The position numbers were made by a program, and so were the translations under genes. The notes below the pieces were generated by a model that saw only the letters and a program-made list of their open reading frames with translations, made no database searches and was not told the origin of the DNA. Source: a virus (taxonomy: Duplodnaviria; Caudoviricetes). Taken from it: 53,017 nt of DNA. The stretch covers positions 1 through 53,017 of the IMG/VR virus record IMGVR_UViG_3300034195_000009; one strand, written 5' to 3'. Of the stretch, positions 25,511 to 34,257 are shown piece after piece (positions within the stretch are counted from its first letter, which is position 1; the number at the start of each line of letters is the position of its first letter).

Positions 25511-26343
25511 CACTTCAGCCCCTTGGTGAGCGCCCAGGCCTTCGAGGCGGCCCAGAGTTTCAGGTCGTCGGCCGTGGCGACCGGGGTCGGCGTCGGGACG
25601 GGAGCCGGTGCGCTGATCGGCACCGGCTGGGTGAAGTCGCCGGACTCCGAAAGCAGCCGCTCCATCACGGCGTAGGGGATCCGGCAGGAACCCCGGACGC
25701 CCCAGCCAGCGCCCCACGAGTTGTCCACCAGGAAGACCTGCGCCGAGACGTCGACACCGGTCACCGCCAGCTCATGGCCGCCGCGGACGTACGACGTCGA
25801 TGTCAGCTTCAGCGTGCCGTCGGCCGCCGGGGCGTCGAAGGACGAATACCAGTTGATGCCGATCATGCCGGGCCCGACCTGCAGGGCCTTGACCATGTCG
25901 GCCAGAGAGAAGGCGTGCAGGTACCCGGCGGCCAGGCCGTGCGTCTGCATCGCCTTCGCCACCGAGAGGCCATCGCTGCCCGTGTCGTCCGGCGGATAAG
26001 TTCCGGGGTAGGTGTCGATCGCCGTCGCCCAGCCGTACAGCGAGACGGCGCCCGCTTCCTTCCAGGCTCCCGTGCCGAAGGCCTTCGATGCAGCATCGCC
26101 GGACACCTCGAAGAGCGGCGACGTGCCCAGCGCGCCCATGGCGGCGTTGCCCGTGCAGCTACCCAGAGAGCCCTGATCCAGGATCGGAATCCGGCGCGCC
26201 CAGCTGACCGAGATCTCAGACAGGCCGTCAGTCGGCACGGCGAAGGCCCGCGAACGCGGGTCGTGGTAGACATGCCTGCCCAGCCGGTAGTCCAGGCCTT
26301 CCTCGGATTCGGTCTCGGCGATGTTGCGACGGTAGGGGATCAT
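25510..26343 (-). CDS. Papain-like (C1) cysteine peptidase
   Basis: DQGSLGSCTG, GGHE, NSWGAGWG catalytic motifs. Confidence 0.85.
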   Translation of the reverse strand: MIPYRRNIAETESEEGLDYRLGRHVYHDPRSRAFAVPTDGLSEISVSWARRIPILDQGSLGSCTGNAAMGALGTSPLFEVSGDAASKAFGTGAWKEAGAVSLYGWATAIDTYPGTYPPDDTGSDGLSVAKAMQTHGLAAGYLHAFSLADMVKALQVGPGMIGINWYSSFDAPAADGTLKLTSTSYVRGGHELAVTGVDVSAQVFLVDNSWGAGWGVRGSCRIPYAVMERLLSESGDFTQPVPISAPAPVPTPTPVATADDLKLWAASKAWALTKGLK

Positions 26344-26663
26344 TCCTCGTCCTCCAGAAGTTCAGCGGGTCGCGGCGGAATCCGGAGGGATCCGCCGCGG
26401 CGGACTGTCGTAGCGATCACTGTCACCGCGACGATGAACACAACGGCGAGCGCCGCTGCGATGATGCCGATCCAACGGAGATCCACGCTCGGCATGGCGA
26501 AGGTGGGCCCGTAGGTGTGTGCGATCACGAAACCGGCGACCAGCGCCGTGATACCCCAGCCGACGGCGATCTTCGTCCGATGCCAGAGGATCAGGCCCTT
26601 CTCGTGCCGCTTGCCCCACTCGTGGAAGGCGGCCTTCGAGGCTTCCTCGACCATCTTGCCCAT
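26340..26663 (-). CDS. 2-TM membrane protein (possible Spd-like accessory)
   Basis: Two hydrophobic helices; coupled to the TraA-like gene. Confidence 0.55.
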   Translation of the reverse strand: MGKMVEEASKAAFHEWGKRHEKGLILWHRTKIAVGWGITALVAGFVIAHTYGPTFAMPSVDLRWIGIIAAALAVVFIVAVTVIATTVRRGGSLRIPPRPAELLEDEE

Positions 26664-27109
26664 CAGATAGTCACGTCCATCTCGCCGCGGCCGGTGCGCT
26701 GCGTGGTGACCGGCTCACAGTGCAGGCGCCACTGCTGGGCGACCAGCGACGCGATCCGGGCTTCCTCCATCTGCAGCTCCGCCAGGTGCAGGATCAGCTT
26801 GCGCATCCGCCGGGCCACCACGAGCCGATCGACGCCGAAGGGCCACTTCGAGGCCTTACGGATCCCGAGGTGCACCGTGTCGGCGCCGACGACGATCGCG
26901 TCATGACCGATCACGGCATGCGCCCGGATGCCTTCCAGCCACTGCAGGAGACCGGTGCCCTTCAGGATCTCATCCTGCGCTTCGGCCGGGTGGCGAACCT
27001 TGCCGCCACCGCCGGGGATGGACGCGCGGCCGGTGCCGACCGAGCGCTTGGGGTTGCGCCGGGCGCCCGGCGTGTTCGGGCCCCCGAACTCGGGGATGCT
27101 ACTCGTCAT
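26663..27109 (-). CDS. TraA-like plasmid transfer accessory protein
   Basis: Gly/Arg-rich N-terminus plus helical ARRMRK region resembling pSN22/pJV1-type TraA; proximity to TraB; recognised by eye only. Confidence 0.45.
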   Translation of the reverse strand: MTSSIPEFGGPNTPGARRNPKRSVGTGRASIPGGGGKVRHPAEAQDEILKGTGLLQWLEGIRAHAVIGHDAIVVGADTVHLGIRKASKWPFGVDRLVVARRMRKLILHLAELQMEEARIASLVAQQWRLHCEPVTTQRTGRGEMDVTI

Positions 27110-27130
27110 CTCTCACTCTCCGTATGCGTA

Positions 27131-27226
27131 GCCGATATGTCGATTCGGGATCCGGAGCCGACATATCGGCCCACGTCCCTTATGCGCGCGCGTGCGTGAG
27201 GCTGAGAACGACATTCGACATATCGG
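27131..27226. repeat. CGACATATCGG motif cluster upstream of the TraA-like gene
   Basis: Copies at 27131-27142 (reverse), 27157-27170 and 27216-27226; the first two form a 12-bp inverted repeat. Confidence 0.75.
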
Positions 27227-27236
27227 TTACTCCGCG

Positions 27237-27509
27237 TCACGGGCTAGGCTCCAGCCACACGCCGACGGACGCGGCGTCATAGCGCACCGGCCAATCGAAC
27301 ATGCGAGCCAGTCGAGCGGGATCCGAGCCCATACAGCCTGGCGCATGCGCCGAGCGCGGAGCGCCGGGCCGAAGGCAAGTGCAGCCGAGCTCGGTCTTGA
27401 TCCGCTCGCCGTCCTCCATCGGCATCACCCAGCGGGCGCCGATCTGTGAGGACCGATGGTCCTCTGTCCATTGCTGGACCTGAGCGACCAGCTCGGCGCG
27501 CGTCGTCAC
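27237..27509 (-). CDS. Hypothetical protein
   Basis: GTGA coupling. Confidence 0.5.
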   Translation of the reverse strand: MTTRAELVAQVQQWTEDHRSSQIGARWVMPMEDGERIKTELGCTCLRPGAPRSAHAPGCMGSDPARLARMFDWPVRYDAASVGVWLEPSP

Positions 27510-27973
27510 TTCGAGATCCTCTCGGCTTCGTCGCGAATGGTCTGGATCTGATCCGGCCAGGCGGACGTCTGTCGAGATCCCGCGTTCCTCGCCGAGTTCT
27601 CCCAGCCAGCGCACGCCATGCCGACCAGTTCGTGAAGCCGGGCGACCGTCGCCAGCAGCGCGCCGGTACCGGACTCCATCGGATCGAAGGCGACCGGAGC
27701 GCTGAGGACGACCGGCTCTGGCATGCAGGCGTGCTCGGCGCGCCAGAGATCGACGACTCCGCCGAGCACGTTCAGAGCGAAGCCCGAAACCTCGACCGAT
27801 GAGCCACAGTGGCACCTCTCGACGATCCGAGGCTCACTCGCTGGCGCTTCGTGCCGATGCTCGCCTCTCCAATCGCAGACCTGAGCCATGATCGAGGCGA
27901 TCGTGTGCCCGGCGCCACCCAACGCGATCGAGGATCCGCACCCGCATTTCTCGCTGCAATCGGTCTCGTTCAC
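27506..27973 (-). CDS. Protein with duplicated CxCGSS...W..EH motif
   Basis: EKCGCGSSI...WRGEH and ERCHCGSSV...WRAEH. Confidence 0.6.
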   Translation of the reverse strand: MNETDCSEKCGCGSSIALGGAGHTIASIMAQVCDWRGEHRHEAPASEPRIVERCHCGSSVEVSGFALNVLGGVVDLWRAEHACMPEPVVLSAPVAFDPMESGTGALLATVARLHELVGMACAGWENSARNAGSRQTSAWPDQIQTIRDEAERISK

Positions 27974-28317
27974 GGCTTCCACCCGTTCATGGTCCCGTAG
28001 AGCCGGAGTTCGTCGACGTCCAGAGCCAGGCCCTCGTCAGTGGCGCGGACGCCGGGCCAGCGACGCTCAAGCGCCGAACTCAGCGCTGCGGCTTCAACCT
28101 CAAGGCCGGACGTGAACTCCTCCGCTGTGAAGACGCCCTTCTTGATCAGCAGGCCCACGAGAGCGCTCAGCTCGGCGCGCTGGATGAGGGTCGCCTCCCG
28201 ATGGTCGCGGATGGCATCGCACTCCGGATCGCCCAGCGGACGAGTGCCCAGCTGCCACCCGGCGAACCAGGTGCGCCACTTGCCGAGGCGATTCACATTG
28301 GGCAGCGCCTCACTCAT
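27970..28317 (-). CDS. Hypothetical protein
   Basis: Overlaps the traB stop. Confidence 0.65.
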   Translation of the reverse strand: MSEALPNVNRLGKWRTWFAGWQLGTRPLGDPECDAIRDHREATLIQRAELSALVGLLIKKGVFTAEEFTSGLEVEAAALSSALERRWPGVRATDEGLALDVDELRLYGTMNGWKP

Positions 28318-30349
28318 CGCCGATGGCCTCCAATCCGATCATCAGCGTGTCGGCGCCGGGGAAGATCCGATACCGGCCGTGCGCCAACCGTTCGGCGCCG
28401 TGCTTCTCGACCAGCGCGGCGATCAGTCGCTGAAGGGCCGGGCGTTGCGAGGGGGTGATCCCCCGCGTCGACAGCCACGGCTCGGTCAGCTGCATCGAGT
28501 CGATGTCGACGGGCTTCCCCGGATCCGTGGCGAGCACATCGCGCAGGATCTCGGCGAACCGGGCCCGGCGCTGCGCCAAGGTAAGCGGCGTGTACACGGG
28601 CCCGTTCTGCGTCAGGTCGGCGACGTCCTCGACGTCGATCCCCTCCCGCGGATTCACCTGGATGCCCTCGATTTCCTCGGGTCGCTTCGGCATGGCGTTC
28701 GGCTCCTCTTCGTCATCGTTCGTCAGATCTTCGGCATCGGGCGCCGGGGCCTCGGTACGGGCCCCGGCGAACTTCGCTTGCTTCAGGTACAGCGGACCGG
28801 CCGCGGCTTGCTCTGCGGCGGTCAGCGGCCCGCGGAGATGCTTCGCTTCGGCAACGGCTCGCCGAACCTTCTCGGCATCGGCGAGATAGATCCGAGCCGG
28901 GATCGCCCAACGTTCCCGTTCGACACCGGGGGCGACCAGCACGTGAAGTCCGGGCGTCAAGTTGCGCCACATCTCGGGGAAGACTCCGGCGTCGGCGATC
29001 TCGTCCGGCAGGATCCATCCCGAAGCGTGGCCGTCCCCACTGCCGAAGGCGGCGATGATGCCTAAGTTATGCCGAGCGTCGGTATTGAAGGACGTGTCTG
29101 CGCCGCGCTGCATCGAAACGTCCAGGTAGATACCCACCGAGCGGACGGCTTGCGTCAGTTGGGTGAAGCTGTCGGAGTCCGGCAAGATTCGGCTGGCCTC
29201 CTCGATGTGACAGAAGATCCAGCGCAGCCCGCATCCGGGCTCCCAGATCTGCAGCCCCATCTTGCCGAGGTGATTCGCGCGGACCTTGACCAGCCGATCG
29301 AGTGCGTCCAGCATCTGGTGCGCCTGCTGGACCGTCTCAACGCACCAGTCGATGCCGTCCTCGATTGGACCGAGACTCTGCCGTCCCTTGATCGGGTCGG
29401 CCCACCATACGGCCGTCTCGGCCCGGGTGAGAATCTCAGCACATGCCAGCTGGGCGAAGATCGTCTTACCGGCGCCAGGCATGCCGAGCGCCACGCCGAC
29501 GGCGGCCGGGGGCAGCGGGTCCTTCGGGTCGGATCGGCCGGTCAGCGTGATGCGCTCCACCTCGCCGTCTTCATAGACGCCCACCTCGATCGGCTCGGCG
29601 ATGGACCCCCCAGGCCTTGACGGGCCAGGCCACGGGGTCGGCTTCGAGAGGGAATCCTTCAGAACGACCTGCACCTCAGCTTCGTCGGCACGGGTCCTGG
29701 ATCCGATGACCCGTACGGCGCCGATGGCCACGTGGCGAAGAGCTGCGATCTTTCGCACGGCGGCCTGCAGTTGGGTGAAATCCTGACCGCCCGAAAGTCG
29801 GACGCGCCAGCGCTCCCGGACTGCCGTCTTCTCGATCAGCTTCACCTTGGCACCGACCACGCCCAGCATCTCGTCCATCGGGGTGACCGACTCGCGGCCG
29901 TCCTGGCCGTCGCCGCGCACGTGATCGAAACGGGGGACCAGCCAGGAGATCGCCCATGCCGAACCGATCAGCACCCAGAGCCAGGTCCACGTCGAATTGC
30001 CGAACGGTCCGATGACTTCGTGAACGGCCAGCGAGATGACCGCCGTACCCACCGAGAGCCCGACGTGTACACGGATCAGCGCCGAGCGCGCGTGCGTCTG
30101 CAGGAAGGCCAGCGTGCCGAGTCCGGCACCGAGAATGACGATCAACGCCGGAACCCAGTAGACGGTCGGCGCCGAACCGCCGAAGACATGCAGCGCCTGC
30201 CCAACGATCGGCAGCAGGGCCAGCGGTAGGACGAAGGGGAGCACCCAACGATCGGCGCCTCCGCGGCGCCCGATGTCGAACGGGGAACGCAGTGCCGAAC
30301 GCTTCGGCACCTTCGGTACCGAACGCTTCGTTTTCGCCGTAGTGGTCAC
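28310..30349 (-). CDS. traB: TraB-like FtsK/SpoIIIE DNA translocase (Streptomyces-type conjugation ATPase)
   Basis: ~4 N-terminal TM helices; Walker A GMPGAGKT; DPIKG; Walker B HIEEA; RSVGI...SMQR motif; acidic linker and C-terminal wHTH ending GRYR; start 30349 or 30376. Confidence 0.8.
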   Translation of the reverse strand: MTTTAKTKRSVPKVPKRSALRSPFDIGRRGGADRWVLPFVLPLALLPIVGQALHVFGGSAPTVYWVPALIVILGAGLGTLAFLQTHARSALIRVHVGLSVGTAVISLAVHEVIGPFGNSTWTWLWVLIGSAWAISWLVPRFDHVRGDGQDGRESVTPMDEMLGVVGAKVKLIEKTAVRERWRVRLSGGQDFTQLQAAVRKIAALRHVAIGAVRVIGSRTRADEAEVQVVLKDSLSKPTPWPGPSRPGGSIAEPIEVGVYEDGEVERITLTGRSDPKDPLPPAAVGVALGMPGAGKTIFAQLACAEILTRAETAVWWADPIKGRQSLGPIEDGIDWCVETVQQAHQMLDALDRLVKVRANHLGKMGLQIWEPGCGLRWIFCHIEEASRILPDSDSFTQLTQAVRSVGIYLDVSMQRGADTSFNTDARHNLGIIAAFGSGDGHASGWILPDEIADAGVFPEMWRNLTPGLHVLVAPGVERERWAIPARIYLADAEKVRRAVAEAKHLRGPLTAAEQAAAGPLYLKQAKFAGARTEAPAPDAEDLTNDDEEEPNAMPKRPEEIEGIQVNPREGIDVEDVADLTQNGPVYTPLTLAQRRARFAEILRDVLATDPGKPVDIDSMQLTEPWLSTRGITPSQRPALQRLIAALVEKHGAERLAHGRYRIFPGADTLMIGLEAIGDE

Positions 30350-30355
30350 CCGAGG

Positions 30356-30393
30356 ACCGTAACATATATCGGGCATCTTGCCGACATATCGGC
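30356..30393 (-). promoter_or_regulatory. Probable leaderless traB promoter overlapped by GCCGACATATCGGC
   Basis: -10-like TACGGT 6 nt before GTG; 14-mer at 30380-30393 is identical to 27157-27170. Confidence 0.55.
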
Positions 30394-30710
30394 TAGGGCT
30401 TGGCTCCGGCTACCGCATTCCATGCCGAGTTCACGGCGTACTGTAGGTCCCCATCCGGCGCGAGGATGCCCTCACCACTGATCTGCGCATTGCTGGCGCA
30501 GATCCAGGCGAAGCTGTCTAGGAAGTCGGCCATAGCCGATCCGAGGACTCTGGTCGAGAGCACCTGGCGTGCCTGGTCAACTGCGGCGTTCCCGCTGGCG
30601 CCCTCGGCCGCCACGTTGAGCGCGGCGGCCACCATGGCGACGCGAACGCGACTGCGGAAGCCCTGATGAACGGCCAGATCTGCGCTGTCCTTCATTGACA
30701 TGCTTGTCAT
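30393..30710 (-). CDS. Hypothetical protein following the tail fibre
   Basis: GGGAG RBS; last gene of the tail cluster. Confidence 0.65.
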   Translation of the reverse strand: MTSMSMKDSADLAVHQGFRSRVRVAMVAAALNVAAEGASGNAAVDQARQVLSTRVLGSAMADFLDSFAWICASNAQISGEGILAPDGDLQYAVNSAWNAVAGAKP

Positions 30711-30743
30711 CTCCCTGTTTAGAATTCGGATGGCAATCCGTTA

Positions 30744-31373
30744 TTATATTGCTTCGTACAGCCCACTAAGTGACATGTTTCCGCCGGTCCCCGTATTGAA
30801 TGTAGTGTTGGTTAAGTAAGTTAATCCACAGTTAGCGGCTGCGGTCGGAACTTGTAGAACTGCTACATTCGATCCCCCGGAAAGCCACGCATAACCCAAG
30901 TAGTTAATTGTTCCCGTCCATAGTTTAAATAGTATCCCGTGCTCAAGTACGTTAGCAGCAGCAAACGGAAGTGTTAGTGTCTGATTGCCAGTGCCCTGAG
31001 TAGTAGTGGTTCCAGCTTGAAGTAGAATGTGAAAGCCTACGGCCTTAGCGCCTATTAAACAGTAGTTGGCAGTAATAGTGCCATTGCCAATAACTGGCTG
31101 CGTGCCGCTGCTCGCCCAGGTGGGGGTATAGGCTTTCCATAAACCTAGAGCCTGCCACGTCGAACCGTCGTAGAAAGTAAGGTAGTTGACGTCATTCAGC
31201 CAGGCCTGCATGCCTTCTACCGGCGAAGTGAGGAAAGCATCACGCGCCGAGGCATTGGCGAAACGCATAGTTGAATACGGGCCGATGGAATCGGCGAGAG
31301 CCTTCATCGCTCCTGATCCGTCGGCCTGATCGTCACCGAGCGGATATGTGAACCCGTAGCCGTTGGTTGCCAT
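30744..31373 (-). CDS. Minor tail/fibre protein with low-GC C-terminal domain
   Basis: RFANASARDA...PVEGM...YDGSTW...YTPTW...GNGT..Y pattern of actinophage minor tail proteins. Confidence 0.75.
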   Translation of the reverse strand: MATNGYGFTYPLGDDQADGSGAMKALADSIGPYSTMRFANASARDAFLTSPVEGMQAWLNDVNYLTFYDGSTWQALGLWKAYTPTWASSGTQPVIGNGTITANYCLIGAKAVGFHILLQAGTTTTQGTGNQTLTLPFAAANVLEHGILFKLWTGTINYLGYAWLSGGSNVAVLQVPTAAANCGLTYLTNTTFNTGTGGNMSLSGLYEAI

Positions 31374-31379
31374 CGTTCG

Positions 31380-32207
31380 TCACCTCTTATATGCGATCTT
31401 GAGCGCTCCGGATGAGCGATTGTCCGACAGTGAACCGAAGACTATGTAGGGATCACTGCCGGAGATGAAGCAGGCCAGGCCGTGCGCCGTTCCGTCAACG
31501 AAACGCTGCGCCCAGGACGCGGGAAAGCTGACCCACTTCGACGTGTTGACGGCGATCGATCCCAGGTTCGTACCGCCACCCTGCTTGCTCGGCGCACCGG
31601 CTGGCCTGCTCGCATTGGACAGCGTGTACACGGTCGGCTGGACGGCAGCGAAGACTCCGCCGGACACTCTCGTCAGATAGATCTGAGCGGACGTCACCGT
31701 GGCGCCGCTGAGCGCCGTATGGATTCCCGTCCCGTAGAACCAGCACCCGGTGTTGACGCCCCAACCGCCGTAATCGCCCTGGTGTGGCTGGGATGAATCG
31801 GTGCGCCACTGTCCGCCGCGATAGTCCCCCGTCGACTTCGCCGTGAAGGTCTGCGTGCCGGTGATCACCGTCTTCGGGGGGGCTGGGGCCACCGTTCCCG
31901 TCTTCGGCGGCGCCGCGATGACCGCGGGTGGCGGGATCGGCTGGCTGGGCGCCGGGGCGATGGCCCTGGGGGCTACCGGATCGACCGGGTTCACGATGGC
32001 GTCGAGCACGATGCGCCGGGATCCCTGCATCACAATCAGCACGGTGTCGTTGACAGCCGGAATGTAGGCCCTGCAATGGGGAAGGGTCATCAGAGCGCCG
32101 TTCACACTTACGCCGATGACTCCCGCCCCCGGAGCGGAAACAACCGTGCCCATCTGGAAACTTGATCCCGCGGAGTCGGGAAGCAGATCGGAGAGAGTAA
32201 GCCCCAT
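31380..32207 (-). CDS. Minor tail protein
   Basis: N-terminal OB-like segment, Pro-rich linker, QGDY...GCWFYG domain; position. Confidence 0.7.
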   Translation of the reverse strand: MGLTLSDLLPDSAGSSFQMGTVVSAPGAGVIGVSVNGALMTLPHCRAYIPAVNDTVLIVMQGSRRIVLDAIVNPVDPVAPRAIAPAPSQPIPPPAVIAAPPKTGTVAPAPPKTVITGTQTFTAKSTGDYRGGQWRTDSSQPHQGDYGGWGVNTGCWFYGTGIHTALSGATVTSAQIYLTRVSGGVFAAVQPTVYTLSNASRPAGAPSKQGGGTNLGSIAVNTSKWVSFPASWAQRFVDGTAHGLACFISGSDPYIVFGSLSDNRSSGALKIAYKR

Positions 32208-32209
32208 GG

Positions 32210-33352
32210 TCAGCTCCCCGTTATCGAAGTGTCGAGCGCCCGGATCGTGACCGACATGGCACCCGGGGTCAGGGGAAGGGTCATCTTGACGATACGACCG
32301 GCGATCGTGCGATCCGGAAGAACCACCAACACGGGGTCGTCAAGCTCCAGCAGGAAGTTAGGGATGATCGAGAAGACGATCTCCCGCTCTCTACCTCGCC
32401 GGGAGGAGTTCAGCAGGGTCTTCGCTGCCGCTTCGGCCATCGCCTGCGTGGTGAGCAATGGGGAGGAGTAGAACATGGGAACCGAGCCGAAGGGCCCGCC
32501 GAAGCAGGTCGGCGAGTTCGGGTCGAGATCGTAGGCGATGCCCTGTACTGGCGCCAAGTCGCCGGACGCCTCACCTGTGGCAATCACGACATTACAGACT
32601 CCGTCGCGTGTCATCGCCGTAGCGTAGTCACCGATCACCCCACCTGCCCCAACGGTCAGCGTGGCGACCGGCGTTGCCCCGTAGGCGGTCGGCAGGTGCA
32701 CTCTGAGCGCCCCATCGGAATCGATGAAGGGGATTGTCCCAGTCGACGCCGCGAGACTCCTGATAGCCGCTACACGATCCTCTGTGTACACGATGGAAGA
32801 GTTCACGGCCTTGTCGTCAACTCCCGCGTCGATGTCACCCATGGGCACCAGATCGGAGACGAGCCGGGCGATCTCGCCGAGAACCGTTGCTCCGGCCTGC
32901 GGTTGATCCGCGGTCAAGAATCTCGCATCGGCAAGGATCGCCATCCTGTCCAATGCGGTCAGCTCGATCTTCGCCCCGCCGGAGCGCCACGCTCCCGACG
33001 ACCGCCGAAGCCACTTCTGAGTGGCGTCCGGTTCCTGAATGCGGAACCAGCCGATCGAGATCGGATCCGTCTGCGCCTGCCCTGACGCCACGAGGGCCAT
33101 CGAGATATTGATCTCCTGGCCGTAGGGGGCCAGCGGATCCGTGGCCAGGAGCGGCACGAGCGCCCCATCGCTGCTAGCCACCGTCAGTTTCAGCGTCGAG
33201 CGCTGATCGGAGTCGAGATCGTACTCGATCGAGCCGCCGACCACGGGAAGGTTATCTGCCGTCTGATCCCCTCCGTACCAGGCATCGGCATAGGTGATGA
33301 GCTGATAAGAGCCGGTAAAAGCCGTCGTGAGATCCGTGCCCGACGTCCTCAT
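32210..33352 (-). CDS. Minor tail protein (DUF5047-like baseplate hub)
   Basis: DPLAPYGQEI, NVVIATGE, GGPFG.VP.FYSSPLL motifs. Confidence 0.8.
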   Translation of the reverse strand: MRTSGTDLTTAFTGSYQLITYADAWYGGDQTADNLPVVGGSIEYDLDSDQRSTLKLTVASSDGALVPLLATDPLAPYGQEINISMALVASGQAQTDPISIGWFRIQEPDATQKWLRRSSGAWRSGGAKIELTALDRMAILADARFLTADQPQAGATVLGEIARLVSDLVPMGDIDAGVDDKAVNSSIVYTEDRVAAIRSLAASTGTIPFIDSDGALRVHLPTAYGATPVATLTVGAGGVIGDYATAMTRDGVCNVVIATGEASGDLAPVQGIAYDLDPNSPTCFGGPFGSVPMFYSSPLLTTQAMAEAAAKTLLNSSRRGREREIVFSIIPNFLLELDDPVLVVLPDRTIAGRIVKMTLPLTPGAMSVTIRALDTSITGS

Positions 33353-34257
33353 AGCCCGCCCCTCTGCTCCAGCTGGATCCAGGTCAGATCGGCGTTCGCC
33401 AACTGGCTCCAGGTGTACCCCTTACCCAGGAGTTCATTCCAGGTGTGAAGCGGTCCGGCAAGCGAGGCGTCCGGGCGCCTCACGTAGGTCACATCGCAGA
33501 CGACCAACCGGGTCGGCTCGGCCAGTGGACCTACCCTCTTCTCGCTGACCTTCGCGATCCCCAGGAACCGGGCCCCGATATCCCATGTCGAATTGGGCGT
33601 CCTCAAGAGCATCACGGGGGCCTGCAGAAGCACGGCTCGTAAGGCGAGCAGACTGGCCAGATCGGTCACGGTGAAGGTCACCTGGCCAGATCCCAGCTGC
33701 CGGGTGCCAGCGATCATCACCGGCGAGTCGGATCCGATCACGCCCAGAAAGGCCGCGTCGATGTCGTGATCGACATCCCCAGCGCTGCCGATGCGTACGG
33801 CGACCGCACTGCCAGGGGTGATCGGATCAGAGAGCCAGGTCGATGCGCTCGCCAGGGTGATCGTCACGCCAGTTGATTGCGGGGACGGCGTGCCGTCGAT
33901 GCGGTAGCCGACTGCGGTATAGGTGAGCAGCTCGCCCAGCGGGGGCTCGAAGTCGTCGACGGTGTAGCTACCTGCAAAGATCTGATTCACGGCCCCGCGA
34001 ACCGGCGCCATCGGCGAGCTTGCCGATGACCTGAATACGCTCACCGAATAGCTGCTGGAATCGAAGGATCCAACGGTGATCTGCACGCCGGGCGACGGAC
34101 TGGCCAGCGCCAGAACGGAAACCGTCGGCGGCTTGTCGCCCATGATCGTCAGCGAGACCGCCGACGTATTCATGGTGACCGAGCCGATGAGGTGACTCAA
34201 TAGACCGGTAGCGACCATGCCCGCCGTGAAAGTCTTGGTGACGTCACCCGTTGCCAT
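33349..34257 (-). CDS. Minor tail protein (distal tail-like)
   Basis: D.EPPLG...Y, WLSDP, LLRTP; immediately after the tape measure. Confidence 0.75.
   Translation of the reverse strand: MATGDVTKTFTAGMVATGLLSHLIGSVTMNTSAVSLTIMGDKPPTVSVLALASPSPGVQITVGSFDSSSYSVSVFRSSASSPMAPVRGAVNQIFAGSYTVDDFEPPLGELLTYTAVGYRIDGTPSPQSTGVTITLASASTWLSDPITPGSAVAVRIGSAGDVDHDIDAAFLGVIGSDSPVMIAGTRQLGSGQVTFTVTDLASLLALRAVLLQAPVMLLRTPNSTWDIGARFLGIAKVSEKRVGPLAEPTRLVVCDVTYVRRPDASLAGPLHTWNELLGKGYTWSQLANADLTWIQLEQRGGL

Noticed and set aside
30292-30330. CCGAACGCTTCG repeat and hairpin at the start of traB as a clt site
   Set aside because: Only two copies, explained by the repeated KRS peptide; insufficient support
30744-31140. 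Diversity-generating retroelement variable region in the tail fibre
   Set aside because: No reverse transcriptase and no template repeat seen; the composition shift is better explained by a domain swap
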